DNA of 64,000 nucleotides from Macrostomum lignano (Eukaryota): NCBI GenBank assembly GCA_002269645.1, contig NIVC01000958.1, positions 62,001 to 126,000 of the forward strand, read 5' to 3'. Shown piece by piece: positions 35,661 to 48,361 of this stretch (position 1 is its first letter; each line of letters starts with the position of its first letter). The notes under the pieces were generated by a model. It saw only the letters and a program-made list of their open reading frames with translations, ran no database searches and was not told where the DNA came from. The position numbers and the translations under genes were made by a program.

Positions 35661-37284
35661 CTGTAAAATGCGATTGTCGAGAATGCATGGTTGAAAACTT
35701 CTGTTGCTATGGTAATCAGCTCAAAATGGCAGAACTTGTTATAAATGAAAATTTAAGGATCAATGGCTTACCATCGGCTTAAAGAGAAAGTTTTGCAATC
35801 GAACCTCTTGGTCTTACACAGTTATGAATTTATTGATGGGAGTGAGCAACAGCGCAGCTTGACTCAAGGCTTTATAAAACTCGAAAAAGGTTTTGAGCTT
35901 TTTTTTAGTCATTGTGCTTTATATAGGGCTGGGGTAATAGTGGTAATGTGTGCATTCGAACTATAAATAGCTTCATCGTCATCTCCACACTCTTCTAATG
36001 TTATAACCCAAGATAAAAGAATTAGACGGCTAAGCCTTTTTTTATCGCCTGAAAGATGTGCACTCTCTACTCAGCAGGCTTTGCCACTAAGCTGCATTTT
36101 TCAAATGTACATTTTTATAGGAATTCAAAGCTCCACAGAAAGAGAGACTGGACCTCATTTCTATAGCGAGTATGCTTAACCGGGCCGATTTATATCCAAC
36201 ATACACCGTATAAAACTTTCTGACCATCTCGAGCTACTCAAAGCCCGTGTTCTTGAGTTAATTTAGCTGCTATGGATTGCACTGCACTGGCTCATTTCTA
36301 CACTGTCCGTTGTTCAGTGTTCTTGCCTTGCACTTGCGTTGGCGTTTTGCAACATATAAATTAGGCTTTTGTTTCAATAAAACACAAGATATACTCAATA
36401 ACAGCTAAAGTTTTCGTTCTCGCAACGAAATTCTTGCAAGAAATCCTGCACAGATTTTCTCAATTTTTTTCCAGCCACCAAATGTCTTTAATGCTAGTTT
36501 TAGAATCCTGCGCAGGAACCACAATCGAACATGCAAAAGTGCCGTTACTCGTTGCATCCTCTTAACCAGCCGCAGAACCGTCTGTCGTAAATGTCGCAAG
36601 ATACGGGGCACCTTGGTGAACTCTTAAGTCCAAAAATGCTCGACGGGTTCATAGAGACTTAGTGAGAATTCTGCCCCTTCCTGCTCCCGCTCGATGTGGC
36701 GTAGCGCTATCGTCTTGAACAATGCAGTTTTTCGTGGCAGAAACCGCTGCTGCAACAGCTTAGGTCTTCCCAGTTGCATTTTGCTCCAGAATGACAAGTT
36801 CTGTTTTGCCTTTGACGGTCGCAGCCTTCACACGTTTCTGAATCACTGAGGGCAAGGACATGCAGAACTTTTATGCCGTTTGACAGCGTGAGTGAGCTAT
36901 CAGTGTACTTGATATTAATTTAATCAGTTTATGCTGTCGGAATCGCTAGTTTGATATTCACGATTAACCATGCAAGACATTTAAATCCTGTCTAGTAAAA
37001 TAAATTTATGTACCAGGCACCAGCAGTACAATGATCGCGCAAGAAAGCACCACTTATATTTGATAAAATACAAGTAACTCGCCATAACACATTTCTGAAA
37101 ACAATTTTTCGATTTTTGTTACAAAAGAAATGTTCAATATTATTGTAGTTACTAGTGTAAAAATCATTTAGTCAACTGAGCAACACAGTACTTTTATATG
37201 TGGGATCTGTAGCCGAGACATTCAACCTGATGAAAGTTGTTAACCATGATTATTTACACTATTGAATGAAACATTTGCATATTG

Positions 37285-39290
37285 TCATTCGAAAACAGAG
37301 TCTTCGCACATTTCATCCTCAATCAGAGTTTTAACCGTCGGATCGTTCGTGCTTCCTTGCTCACTGCTCAGAAACGACTCGGTTGTTTGACGCCTGCTTC
37401 GGTCTTGATTATTCTCTTCGGAAATCTTTAACGACCACTGCTTTTTCCGGTAAATTAAGCAACCAGTTATTGCTGATGCAAGGGCGAGAAGGACGAGAAG
37501 TATTATAACAAAGATAGCTAACCCTGGCGCACATCCAACTTTCCTGGCAATTAAGTCGAGCCAAAATTCCGAGGTTGGCGTAACAGAGCTAATGGTATCG
37601 TTTTTCTGAGACTTTGGAGCCGCGTTGAGAGATTTCAAGAGTTCGCTGACATGCTGGTCGTGACTGAAGCTGCAGTTCTTGCAAAGGACAGGCGCTGACT
37701 CGGGAAAAGTCACCAGTGCTGGCAGCTTCTCGTTGCAGTCACCGAACTCGATCATTGCTCCGTATCTTTCATTCAACTCCAGATAGCCGCATTTGCCTCC
37801 AACTCTTTCGAGTCTGAAATTTCTGAAAGTCATAAAAAGGGTCCTATGAAGAGAGTCATAGATTCAAAACTGGACTCACGAAATTCTCTCTGGCCTGGGA
37901 ATAAACTTCAGACCGCAGCCGCTCTCCTCTCTGACAATTGACACCACCGAGTTGTCAGGTTCTTTCAGAAACACACCGATGCGAACTCTTTGCGTGAGAT
38001 TGAGAGGCCGTTGGAATGGGTAAGTAGTCTTCCTGTCATTGTCTGCAGAGGGTATTGTTTTTTGGGTCACTTTAGCTTGTGCATCTAGACTTCTAATGTA
38101 AAAAAGCTATCATTTGCATATTGCTGAACAAGCTACTAATAGTAGCATTAATACTTTAACAAGGATTACGTAGATATTGGTTAATTTAACCGTGGCCGTA
38201 ATATTGGAAGTGTAAAACATTTGCCTAAAAGAAGTATTAGTGAATCCAACTGCACTCACTGGCAGCAATAAACTGTTTGATCTCTGCTGTGCTGTTAAAG
38301 TAGGCCAGCTGTGCCCCGCCAATGATGCTGCGCATTGAGACCTCCAGCGTTTCCTTGACTGGGTTCACCGCGTAGCAGTTGCCATGGAAACTAAGCATGT
38401 CACGGCTGCAGAAACCGGCCAGTGGTGTCACGGCTCGAAAAACTATTGGCTTGTGACTTTTGATCTGTTCTGATCTGCGGCTAAACGACACTGACAGGTA
38501 GGTGTTTCTGCAGAAAAAAATTTAGACACAATCTTCACGGTTGTTTCGTTATTAAATTTTTGTCTAGAAATATTTTTCAAGTTTTTATTAGTTAATGTTA
38601 CCGGTCTGTCAACGGCAGTGCATAAAATAGTCCTCGTGTAACATTCTTGCGAGCACTAGCGGCAGCGCACTCTGTAGCAGTGTGAAGGCAGTATAGGAAA
38701 TGTGTCGGATTTACGCGCATAGGTAATAATTCGAGATAAAAAAACCAGATTGATGTCACTAACTTCTTGTCGGATCGTGCAGCTCATAATGCAGCTGACT
38801 CTCTGAGGAGGTGTTTGTCTCGGAGCCACCTGGAATTCCTTCGATCACGAGAGTCCGACTACCTGCCAGATGCGGCACCTTGAAGCGCCAGCTGCAGTGG
38901 CTCAGCTTGGAGTTCCTTAAATCGGCAACCAGCCGCTCGTCTTGATAGTCCCTGGCTGTTAGGTCGATGTCCAGCTGGGAGTCAAGCACGCATGGGTGAT
39001 CGCCGGCCCGGCAACTGAATAAATCGGTAAAAATGAGAGGTTAGTAGAGTTACGACAAAAACAGTCACAACAGAATTTGGTGGTCTTTCTCGAGGCAAAC
39101 ATTAGTGAGGATGTCAACTTGATTGAAACTAGAGTCGGACGTGTTGCTATCCAGATCCCCTTTAGTCCCATCCCTCTACAAACACCAGTTTTTTTGGTTC
39201 ACGTACCAGCAAAGCGGTCCGCATAAAGTACATATTAGTATTGTAGTGAGCCGTGTTTCTTGACAATACTCTATTATCCGCATGATGATT
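37285..39290 (-). CDS. Receptor paralogue R3
   Basis: Exons 37285-37822 (TM LAIFVIILLVLLALASAITGCLIY), 37880-38084, 38260-38507, ~38625-38690, ~38765-39015 (LDIDLTARDYQDERL..CSWRF). The first exon (~39205-39290) is tentative. Confidence 0.75.
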
Positions 39291-39399
39291 CTGTGGATAA
39301 GGTTAAAAACAGAGGATGGTAAATATGAAGATAATAGCGTAGGAGTTTGTTGAAGTTGGTGCAAGGTTTTACAGGTTAGGTGTAAGGTTTTATGGGGTG

Positions 39400-39995
39400 G
39401 GTGTAGGGTTTAAAGGGGTAGGTGTAGTAAGGTTTTATGAGGTGGGTGTAGGGTTTTATGAGGTGGGTGTAGTAGGGTTTTATGAGGTGGGTGTAGGGTT
39501 TTATGGGGGGTGTAGTAGGGTTTTATGAGGTGGGTGTAGGGTTTTATGGGGTGGTTGTAGTAGGTAGGGTTTTATGAGGTGGGTGTAGGGTTTTATGGGG
39601 TGGGTGTAGTAGGGTTTTATGAGATGGGTGTAGGGTTTTATGAGGTGGGTGTAGTAGGGTTTTATGAGGTGGGTGTAGGGTTTTATGGGGTGGGTGTAGT
39701 AGGGTTTTATGAGGTGGGTGTAGGGTTTTATGAGGGGTGTAGTAGGGTTTTATGAGGTGGGTGTAGGGTTTTATGGAGTGGTTGTAGTAGATAGGGTTTT
39801 ATGAGGTGGGTGTAGGGTTTTATGGGGTGGGTGTAGTAGGGTTTTATGAGATTGGTGTAGGGTTTTATGAGGTGGGTGTAGTAGGGTTTTATGAGGTGGG
39901 TGTAGTAGGGTTTTATGAGGTGGGTGTAGGGTTTTATGGGGTGGGTGTAGTAGGGTTTTATGAGATGGGTGTAGTAGGGTTTTATGAGATGGGTG
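39400..39995. repeat. G-rich 21/24-bp minisatellite (GTGGGTGTA[GTA]GGGTTTTATGAG); resumes at ~41424-41520
   Basis: Direct reading. Confidence 0.92.
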
Positions 39996-40406
39996 TGGGA
40001 TGGGCGTGGTTCGCGGTTAAGCTACTGGTTTGTATTGCTACTAAGGGTTTTACTAGTGGATTATTATCTGCTGTACTGATTTGAGATTTGGTAGAATCGC
40101 TGCCACCAGGTTTCCTGTTCCCTAGTCCTATTATTGTAGAGACAAAGGATTGACTCAGGAAAACCGAATTGTTTAACAAAAGTTTTATACTTCAAAAGAA
40201 AACAAAATGAAAAATAGCATGCAATGGTTGGTGCAAAATGTCAGGCATCGACTACCTGTAGGTGTACTGCTTCGGCATCAACTACCTCGACAGTGTTTAC
40301 TTAAAAAAATTTTCCCAATATTCCCTGCCTCTTACCTTCCTAATTTCTGAGATCTGCCGCCAGCCGGCGAAAATAAAACTAACTAACAAGTCTGCTTTCC
40401 CAAGCC

Positions 40407-41264
40407 TATGACTATGACTATGACTATGATAAGTACTTCCGGCGCCTCAGCCTAAGTAAAAAGGCTCTTACGCCACTAGAGATAATTTAGATTCCAGATT
40501 GGGAGTGTACTCATGTACACTAAAAGCCAATTAGACTATAGAGGACTGTACAGGGCAATAACATAAAATCCAAACCTCCCCGGGCGACAGTGACAGCGGT
40601 TCGACGAACCAGTCAGGAGCCCGTGCCCAAAAACCAGGTTAGAAGGCCCCTTAGCCTGTTAGGGATGGCCCGAAGGCCTAGAGCCGTGGCAACCATGCTG
40701 GGGCCGACCGCCCACCACCCCCGGGTACATATCAAAAACCTCCCCGGGGCCAGAGGGGGTTGAGTGAACCATTCAGGGAAGCCCGTGCCTACTCCTGGGT
40801 TAGATTAGCCAATACCGGTCATTTTACCGCCCCCCACGGCCGTGGCAACCCGAAGGAGCCTCCCCCCCAACTAAACCCCGGGTACTCTTGCCAACAGACA
40901 GTCTCTTATCTTTGAAGCGGCAGGAGGGCTAATCGCCGGGACTGTTTCACCCTTTGCTTCGCCAACCCGCCATTTCTATTGTGACCGTGCCAACGGTCTC
41001 GTCCTGCTCAGACTCAGTCCTGGTTCTGGCACACTCCAGCTTTAATAGGGTCGCTGGCTGTACGCTCAGAGGGCGCCTGAGGGATACCGTCAGAGCACCT
41101 TGGTACAGGTATAGGCCTGCCTTCCTATACAGCTACCCACAGCCCTTCCCGATCCACTATTACCCTCCAACCCAGCCTACTCACTCATCACAAGCTTTCA
41201 GCCAGGCAGAGACAAGTTTCACAGGAGTGACTGCGGTTAGGCGTCTCTATGCGAGACATAACCA
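40407..41264 (-). mobile_element. Non-autonomous non-LTR retroposon (858 bp) with (TCATAG)n tail
   Basis: 14-bp TSD TGCTTTCCCAAGCC (40393-40406, 41265-41278) and tail TATGACTATGAC.. (40407-40429). No credible ORF on the minus strand. Confidence 0.8.
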
Positions 41265-44249
41265 TGCTTTCCCAAGCCCCAAACTGTTCTATACTTCTAG
41301 AGAATCCCGAAAACTAGCGATTTTCCCCCACTCTAATTACTTTCCCAAACCTAAACTACTGATAGTAGGAAAAAAGCATATCTGCTTCGCTACTAACTCC
41401 CGTTCCTAAATAATGCCCTACTACAGGTGTAGTAGGGTTTTATGAGGTGGGTGTAGTAGGGTTTATGGGTGGGTGTAGTAGGGTTTTATGAGTGGGTGTA
41501 GGGTTTTATGAGGTGGGTGATAGGCTTTCTAAGGTCGGCGATTATTCTTGATCATGAATTTAGCAGTTTGAGATCGAGAGCCAAGCGCAGGGAGTGAAAT
41601 GCTGAGTTCAAGCTTACCACTGCCAGTGACTATTTTACAAATGCAGTATTTTTCGTCGGTTTTTATGCAATTTCAGTCCCTCCAGCTTCATATAGCTCTA
41701 AGCTATCGAATGTTTTTTTATTGAATTGAAGTTCCCTTTCGTAATTGCACGCTCTGGGAAAAACCACGGACTTGCCGCGGAAGATTGATATTTTGTGTAC
41801 TTTCAAGAGCTGCATTAGAAGTGTTTACCAAGTGTGTTTCGAATAGACTGAATATACAGTAATTCCATGGAATTGCCTCAGAAATTTAGTGTGCATTTTT
41901 ACACTAAAGTGAGTGCCTGAAGCGTACTTAAGCAAGGGACAGACAGAGTTATACTGTACAGTATTAGCTTTGTAGACTTGTGTTCAAAGACACATTAACA
42001 AGGTACGTACGTGAACGCAAAAAAATAAAAACAAGTTTATCTATTCTACTCTTTCATTTGCTGGATACGGCATAGTTGAAAATCTCTTTCCGAAATCTTT
42101 TCGGTTTGCTACGGAGTTGTTTTCTGTCAGTTTACTTAGATATGTTTATAATAGTAGAAACATTTATCTCTTTATGTCACTCTACGGAAAAGGGTATTGG
42201 GATTTTACGCCAACTTATTCGAATACAAGCCTCTCGGATAAAAGAAGGATCGCATCTCTGGTCTTAAATATACCAACGGCCGCAACTGCAGAATACCATC
42301 ACTGTTTCAGTTCACCCAGTGTGAACTGCCGGAATGACTTGGAGAACCCATGATAGCGAAAACGAGATTGGGGACTTCAGTTCCAGCTTTACCTTTAGGC
42401 TGTTATAGGGGGCAAAGAGTGGTCGTGCCAAGTGTCGAAGCTCTATTCGGACTCAAGTGGCGTTAAACAGCTGTCCGTGCTCAAGATGGCGTGCGTCTAG
42501 TCCGTCGCTTGCCAAGAATTATAATCGGAATTAGGACTTAGGCTAGGGAAGCCTAACAATGTATTTGCATCGGAAGACCGATTGAACATGTCACATGGAC
42601 AAATCGCGGCTGATTTGGACATTGAAGTGTCGGCGAGATGGCTTAGGAGCACAATGATCGAGCGAGATCGTCAGATCAACGACTAAGCTACAAGATCAGG
42701 CCAAATTGGTTCGTTTACCGCTAGTGTTTGCCACGCCTAAAGGTGGACCACGGGGCGAAAAATAAAATAAGAAGAGCCCACTGAGTTGGCCTGCACCGGA
42801 CCCCAAGAACCAGGTGTAACTTTAATATCTCAAGGAGCCTAGGAGAAGTGAGAATTCTCGAAACTGAGAATTTATATTCAGAACTGATAAAACAATAGAC
42901 ATTTATTACAGCACAGACAGAGTCTTTAAGCAGCCCAGTTTTCAAAGTACATTTAAGCAGGGTAACTAACGAGTGTTCAATAAAGATTTGAGAGAAGAAT
43001 ACGAAGCAGACTAAAGAGAAAGAAACTCACCAAAAAATAGCGAAGACAGGTGATATCCGTCAAGAACAACAACTGAGATATACATGTAGAACAGTTTGTA
43101 TTATAGCAGCAATCGGCTGTACGTGTTAGCTCGTACATATCTGAAATTTCAGTAATTGCTACTGCAAAGTGCATTTCGTAAAGTCTCCAAAGGCTTATTT
43201 TTTAACTTTGGTTCTTACTCTCTACCCATTTATCTCAAAGGTGAAAAGAAAAGTGAAAGACAAGTCAGGGGTGAACTAAAGGCCAGTAACTCGACAGAAC
43301 GAATGAACTTTTTCCCAATAACGTTCATTAGAATGTGAAAAAGTCAGCCACTGACTGCAGTAAATTTCAATCAAGTTTCAGTCGACCACAGGAAATCCAC
43401 CGAAGTGACTTCATTCAGAGGTACCTACCGAGCAGTGGAGCTGGCTGTAGCATGCGCAGGCAGGCAGTTCGGGCATCTAGTTTGCACTCTGTGACCGCCA
43501 TCCAGCCTATCCACTTCCCTCTGCTCGAGCACATCCCAACGTGCACTCAATGAACCGGAAATCTGTGTTCTACCAGACAATAAATATACAGCCACATTCT
43601 ATTTTTTCACCCTTTTGAGTGGCTAACTAACACTTGCAACAACCAGCTAGAGTTGCTCGCTACACTGGCTAACCCGCTCATGTGGAAGATATATGGAAGA
43701 TCATGTGGAAGATATCGTGGAAGATAAAGTGCTCAGGGTTTCCACTGTTTAGAAGCAAGGGGCAGAAGGGCGCACATTGATTGCCAGTGTGTGCTTCTGT
43801 GATAGCCTAGACAACTGCACTCTATCAGACAAGAATTAGCTCACAGCTAGAGGCAGAACGGTATGAAAATAAGTATGCTCATATTTCAGCGTGCAAAAAA
43901 GTCTGGGGAACTTCGGGCATGTAAGTACAGCCTATTCCGATTGTCTATATAAACGTGAACGTGAAAAAATTACGTCTATACTTTCAGCTTCAAAACTAGG
44001 CGATAAAACAGCCTCAACCAACAGCAGTAAAAGCACGTTGAGCCTTTATCCTGATATATTTCGTACGCAGCTCTCTGCTATTAAGCTGAGTTAGTATCTT
44101 CGATTCTCTAATCTTTAATACGTTCGGTAAGAACGTCTTTGGGTTTAAAGTAAGTGTCTTTCTGTAGGATCTAACGTAAATAAATACGAGTAGTTGCAGA
44201 CACATATAGTCTCCTAATAATGTATGATTCCAAAGCCGCGAGGCCCCCA

Positions 44250-44645
44250 TAGCAAACTCCAAGCTAAAAACAGGACAGGCGTTAGCCCTGAGGCTGCGCC
44301 CAATCCTTGCCAGCAGTAGAAGAGCTCCGCGTGAGAGTGGCGTTTGCGATCTGCATCCGGCCGGAATCCTTAGTCTTAGCCTGGTACTAAGCGAGTAGCT
44401 GCGATGGCGCCTCCGCGAGCTTCGTTGAAGTGGAGGCAAAATATGACGCGGTGTTTCTTCCTCCAAGCCACAATTTGTAAGTGAAAGCCAATTGTTAATC
44501 GCCCGGTTGACGGATGACTTCGGGTCAGGTAGCTTAAACAAGGGGAGCGAACTATCCTGGGGTGCTGCTTCGTTTGGCGAGTTGATCTACCAGCTCGTTG
44601 CCAAGGATGTCGCTATGGCCTGGTGTCCAGATCACGTTAATTCTT
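44250..44645 (-). mobile_element. Degraded 3' remnant of an RNase H-bearing LINE
   Basis: INVIWTPGHSDILGNELVDQLAK (RNase H WxPGH..GNE.AD.LAK motif), followed by CGLEEETPRHIL (C-terminal zinc-knuckle pattern). Confidence 0.72.
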
Positions 44646-44923
44646 TTTAGGATTGCTAGGTTTTGCAAGCTTTGGAAACAGTCTGAAACTAATTTAGTTG
44701 ATAGCTATCAACTATAGAACAAGGTCACTCACGATCGACTTAAGGTGATTTTTTTAAGTGTCAAAAAGGTCAAAGTAAATTGCTTGAAGAGTCCTGTGCT
44801 GAAACTTTTGTTGCTATTTTTTCCAGTAAAAATGTCGAGTTTAAATTAAGCTTGCTATGAAATTACCCGCAGGTTCGGTAGATTTCTATAAAAGCTATAC
44901 GCACATAGCATACAAAAACGCGC

Positions 44924-46523
44924 ATGAGTTTGAGACGGATCAACTGGAAGCTGGCCGCGTACCTGTTGCTACTAACGGTTTCAGCCAGATATTCTCAAGG
45001 TCAGCCGAAGAGATTCTCTGAAGAAGGTCAGGAAGATGATTTCGATAGCGATGAAGAGGCTACTGAACCTACTGATAGTTTGATGGAGCGGATCAAAAGC
45101 GAAAGTCAAATTTTAGATCGTCCAAGGACTCAAAATTTTTTACAAGCCTTAGAAGGCGGCGACGCTTCGCAAGCTCTTCGTATCATACATGAGCAGCAGA
45201 CAGGACTAACGAACCAGGCTCAGTCGCGGCAGGCTAACGAGAATAATAGCCTTGACAGGCTGGGAGGACTTTTAGATTTAGAAAGGATGGTGAAGAAGGT
45301 TTATGGCTCATCAACTTCTGGTGAGGGGCTTAGCAGTAATTTAGCTTCCATAAACCAATCCGCTGGTGCCACTGCTCCTCATTACCAACAGCTCAATAGC
45401 TCAGCTTTTGAAACTATTGGTGAACCACGACAGCCAAACACAGGAGCACCAGCTGTCTTTAGGGGGCACTCTTATGCACGCTGGTATCAGGTCTTCGACC
45501 CCCCCCTTATCATCCAGCCAGAATGAGGCGTGGGTGAACGACCTAGTAGAAGATTTCAGGAAAGTAAAGCTTGCGCCAACCCAAGAAAAGAAGTCGCCAC
45601 CGAGCTGTCTGAATTCTGTCGGCCAGCCAGTCGATTGGTTTGCCACCATTAAAAAAAACTTAGGTTGGAACTACTTGTCCGTGACTGAGACACGTTGGGA
45701 GCAAGTGCCTAACAATGACATTCGTGAAAGTGGGCCAGTATTTGAAACGCTGATGCAAGCTACCGCCAATGCCAGGAGGCCATCCCACATAATACTCGCA
45801 TACAACGATCAATATCCTGATGCAAAGTCATCTCAACGCTACGCTCACGCCAAAGGAGTCGTAATGTTTGACACCTGTGAAAAACGAGGGTTCTGGATTG
45901 TTCACTCGATTCCATATTTTCCAGATTTAGACTTGTCAATTTTGGTATTTCCTTACAGCGCAAAAAGATATGCGCAAAGCTTCGGCTGCTCCACAATCAA
46001 AGACCGACAACAATTCAATTCTGTTTTACAACAGCTTCGGGTAATGAATGTGCCGATATACTACTCCAGGCCCACTTCCGATATTGTGCCACATCAGCCG
46101 GCGGAAAATCAAATTCCACATCTCCCGTTAGTTTATCTTGGATCACTTGGCCAGGTTATTCATTTAACAAAAGCAAATAATTATAATTCCTGTATATATT
46201 GTGACCTATCTAACTATTTACAAACAAACATGCTGACAGAAACATGGAGGACACAACAAAATCAAATTTATCATCACATCCAAAGCGACGTTAAAGTGTT
46301 CGGAGTCGACTTTGCCAATGGCTTTAAGTACAGCGCTAACCAGGATCATTCGAAATGGAGCGTCAGTGACACCAGTTCGAAGCCCTGGCTTTGCATTGGT
46401 GATTTGAACCGATACAGAACAGCTAGGGGCGGCGGCGTGCTGTGCTTTGGGAGCAAATCGGCGCAGCGATCTTTCTGCCAAGCAGCTCGAGATGAGAACT
46501 CGCTTCCATTCAAATGCTATTGA
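44924..46523 (+). CDS. DNASE2: Deoxyribonuclease II family protein with signal peptide and long N-terminal extension; apparently intronless; one frameshift
   Basis: VDWF, YNDQYP, AHAKGV, GFWIVHSIPYFP, QSFGC, TETW, DHSKW, CIGDLNR, RGGG..C in ORF 45366-46523. The signal-peptide ORF 44924-45526 overlaps it in another frame; a C8 run lies at 45499-45506. Confidence 0.88.
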
Positions 46524-47494
46524 TCTTAAAAACCCAGGTAGCTTATATTGAACAAAGCTTTGATGATCACAATTTTTATTTAAGAACTATTGAAATACAA
46601 TAATTTAACGAATCAACTCAACATTTTAGAATTTTATAGTTTTGTATTTTTACTAAAAATTATTCCAGTTTCATCAATTATCTTTTGAAATATGCTTAAA
46701 ATATTCTCTTCAATCAATAATATTTATTCATATATTCTTCTTCAGGCTATGCGAAATTTCTTCGTTTATAGTTCATAAGTTAACGAAAGGTTTAATGTTT
46801 CCAGCATCTACTCGTTGTTACAATTGTGATATATTCTTGCAAATGTGTCAAATGAATAGTGTGATTTTCGGTTAATGTGACCGCTCGATTCTTACGGACA
46901 GTTAATTAAAGCACATCGTAAAATATACATGTAATACAAGTAAAATATACATATACATATACACTTTGACATCTGGCATAGTCCTTTCTGAGACCTTTTC
47001 AAGGCGTTAATACGAGCCGTATATGCTGAACTTTCTTCTGTCATGAGAAATACACCGCGCCGAGAAAGGCGCCTGATCGTCACTTATTACTAAGCAAGCT
47101 GTCTTTTTAACGATCCTTGCGTTACTTGATACTAGTTCTGAAATCTGCATTATAAATAATACCAGAGGGCCTCTTAACGACTGAAAAGTGTATTATTAGC
47201 ACCCTAATTTTTAAGCTTAATGACTATGTAGCCACTTAAATCCGACTAAACCGCATAAAAACAGAAGTTCAGAAGTTAAGGTGAAATGCACCAGCGCTTG
47301 ATCAAAATCGCTCTTATTTCCATAAGAAGACTCCGAACGGTTGAGCTTCTTGATCTCCGGGTTTTTTACTTTCTACAAAACCGCTGCAGGGTCTTCAGCT
47401 ACGTTCCTGTCGTCTCTAAAGTACTCTTTTTTCTTGTACTCTCTTGTACTATTTTTAACAAGCTCGATGAATGGCAGAAACTCCCATTAAGAGA

Positions 47495-47840
47495 CAGTGG
47501 CGCCCACCAAGAGACAGGGGCGCCAACCAAGTGACAGGGACGCCCACCAACCCACCAAGAGACAGGGACGCCAACCAAGAGACAGGGGCGCGCACCAAGA
47601 GACAGGGGCGCCAACCAAGTGACAGGGACGCCCACCAACCCACCAAGAGACAGGGACGCCAACCAAGTGACAGGGACGCCAACCAACCCACCAAGAGACA
47701 GGGACGCCAACCAACCCACCAAGAGACAGGGACGCCAACCAAGTGACAGGGACGCCAACCAAGTGACAGGGACGCCAACCAAGTGACAGAGGCGCCAACC
47801 ATGAGACAGGGGCGCCAACCAATTGACAGGGGCGCCAATC
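47495..47840. repeat. Compound minisatellite of ~20-bp GACAGGG(A/G)CGCCAACCAA units with 8-bp spacers
   Basis: Direct reading. Confidence 0.85.
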
Positions 47841-48148
47841 AACATGCAGTATCACCCCGAAGACACCCAGTATATTGGCGCCCTAAGGCTTGACTCACCA
47901 CCAATAGATATTCCGCTGCCTTTACTATAAAAAGTTGCCTTGCTTTACACAAAAATTGTCTTATTGAACTTGGAAGCAAGCATCTAAAATTTGTGATCAA
48001 TATAATTGCTTTATTTAACTAAAGTTGCCTTCCTCTCGCATCTTTACTTTGCGATACGAAAAAGCACTGAGCCAATCAATATTCAGATTTGGTCTACTGT
48101 GCTAGTAGTAGTAGAATACTAAGAGTTAAATGCTGAAAAAAAATTCAG

Positions 48149-48361
48149 CGATCAGCCAGGACTTACTTCTCCGTGACCAACCCGACCTCGTTCTTCAGGA
48201 ATGTGACTGCCGTCGAAAAGGCTCAGTGTCTGCTGCAGTGCATTAACGACTGTCAGGCTGTGCTGTACAACCAGAAGCTGAGCTTGTGCCATCTGCTCAA
48301 GTTCGTCCTGCTGCCAACCGAGCTAAATACTACTGATGGAGAGTTCTACATCAGATGCTGA
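48149..48361 (+). CDS. Terminal exon encoding a PAN/apple-like Cys module
   Basis: Acceptor TTCAG, then ..AQCLLQCINDCQAVLYNQKLSLCHLLK, a CxxxCxxxCxavxYxxxxxxCxL pattern. Upstream exons were not identified. Confidence 0.5.
   Translation, partial: RSARTYFSVTNPTSFFRNVTAVEKAQCLLQCINDCQAVLYNQKLSLCHLLKFVLLPTELNTTDGEFYIRC

Noticed and set aside
39806-40084. GFYEVGV repeat protein
   Set aside because: The minisatellite has units that break frame; there is no splice or start context.
41178-41222. Hammerhead ribozyme (GAAAC..TGATGA on the minus strand)
   Set aside because: The core reads GTGATGA rather than CTGATGA, and stems I and II do not form adjacent to the core.
42308-42335. Third SINE copy
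   Set aside because: Only ~15 bp (TTCAGTTCACCCAG) match the family.
44596-44612. 18S rRNA-like words (GCCAAGGATGT)
   Set aside because: Only 11 bp; the opposite strand encodes a LINE RNase H motif.
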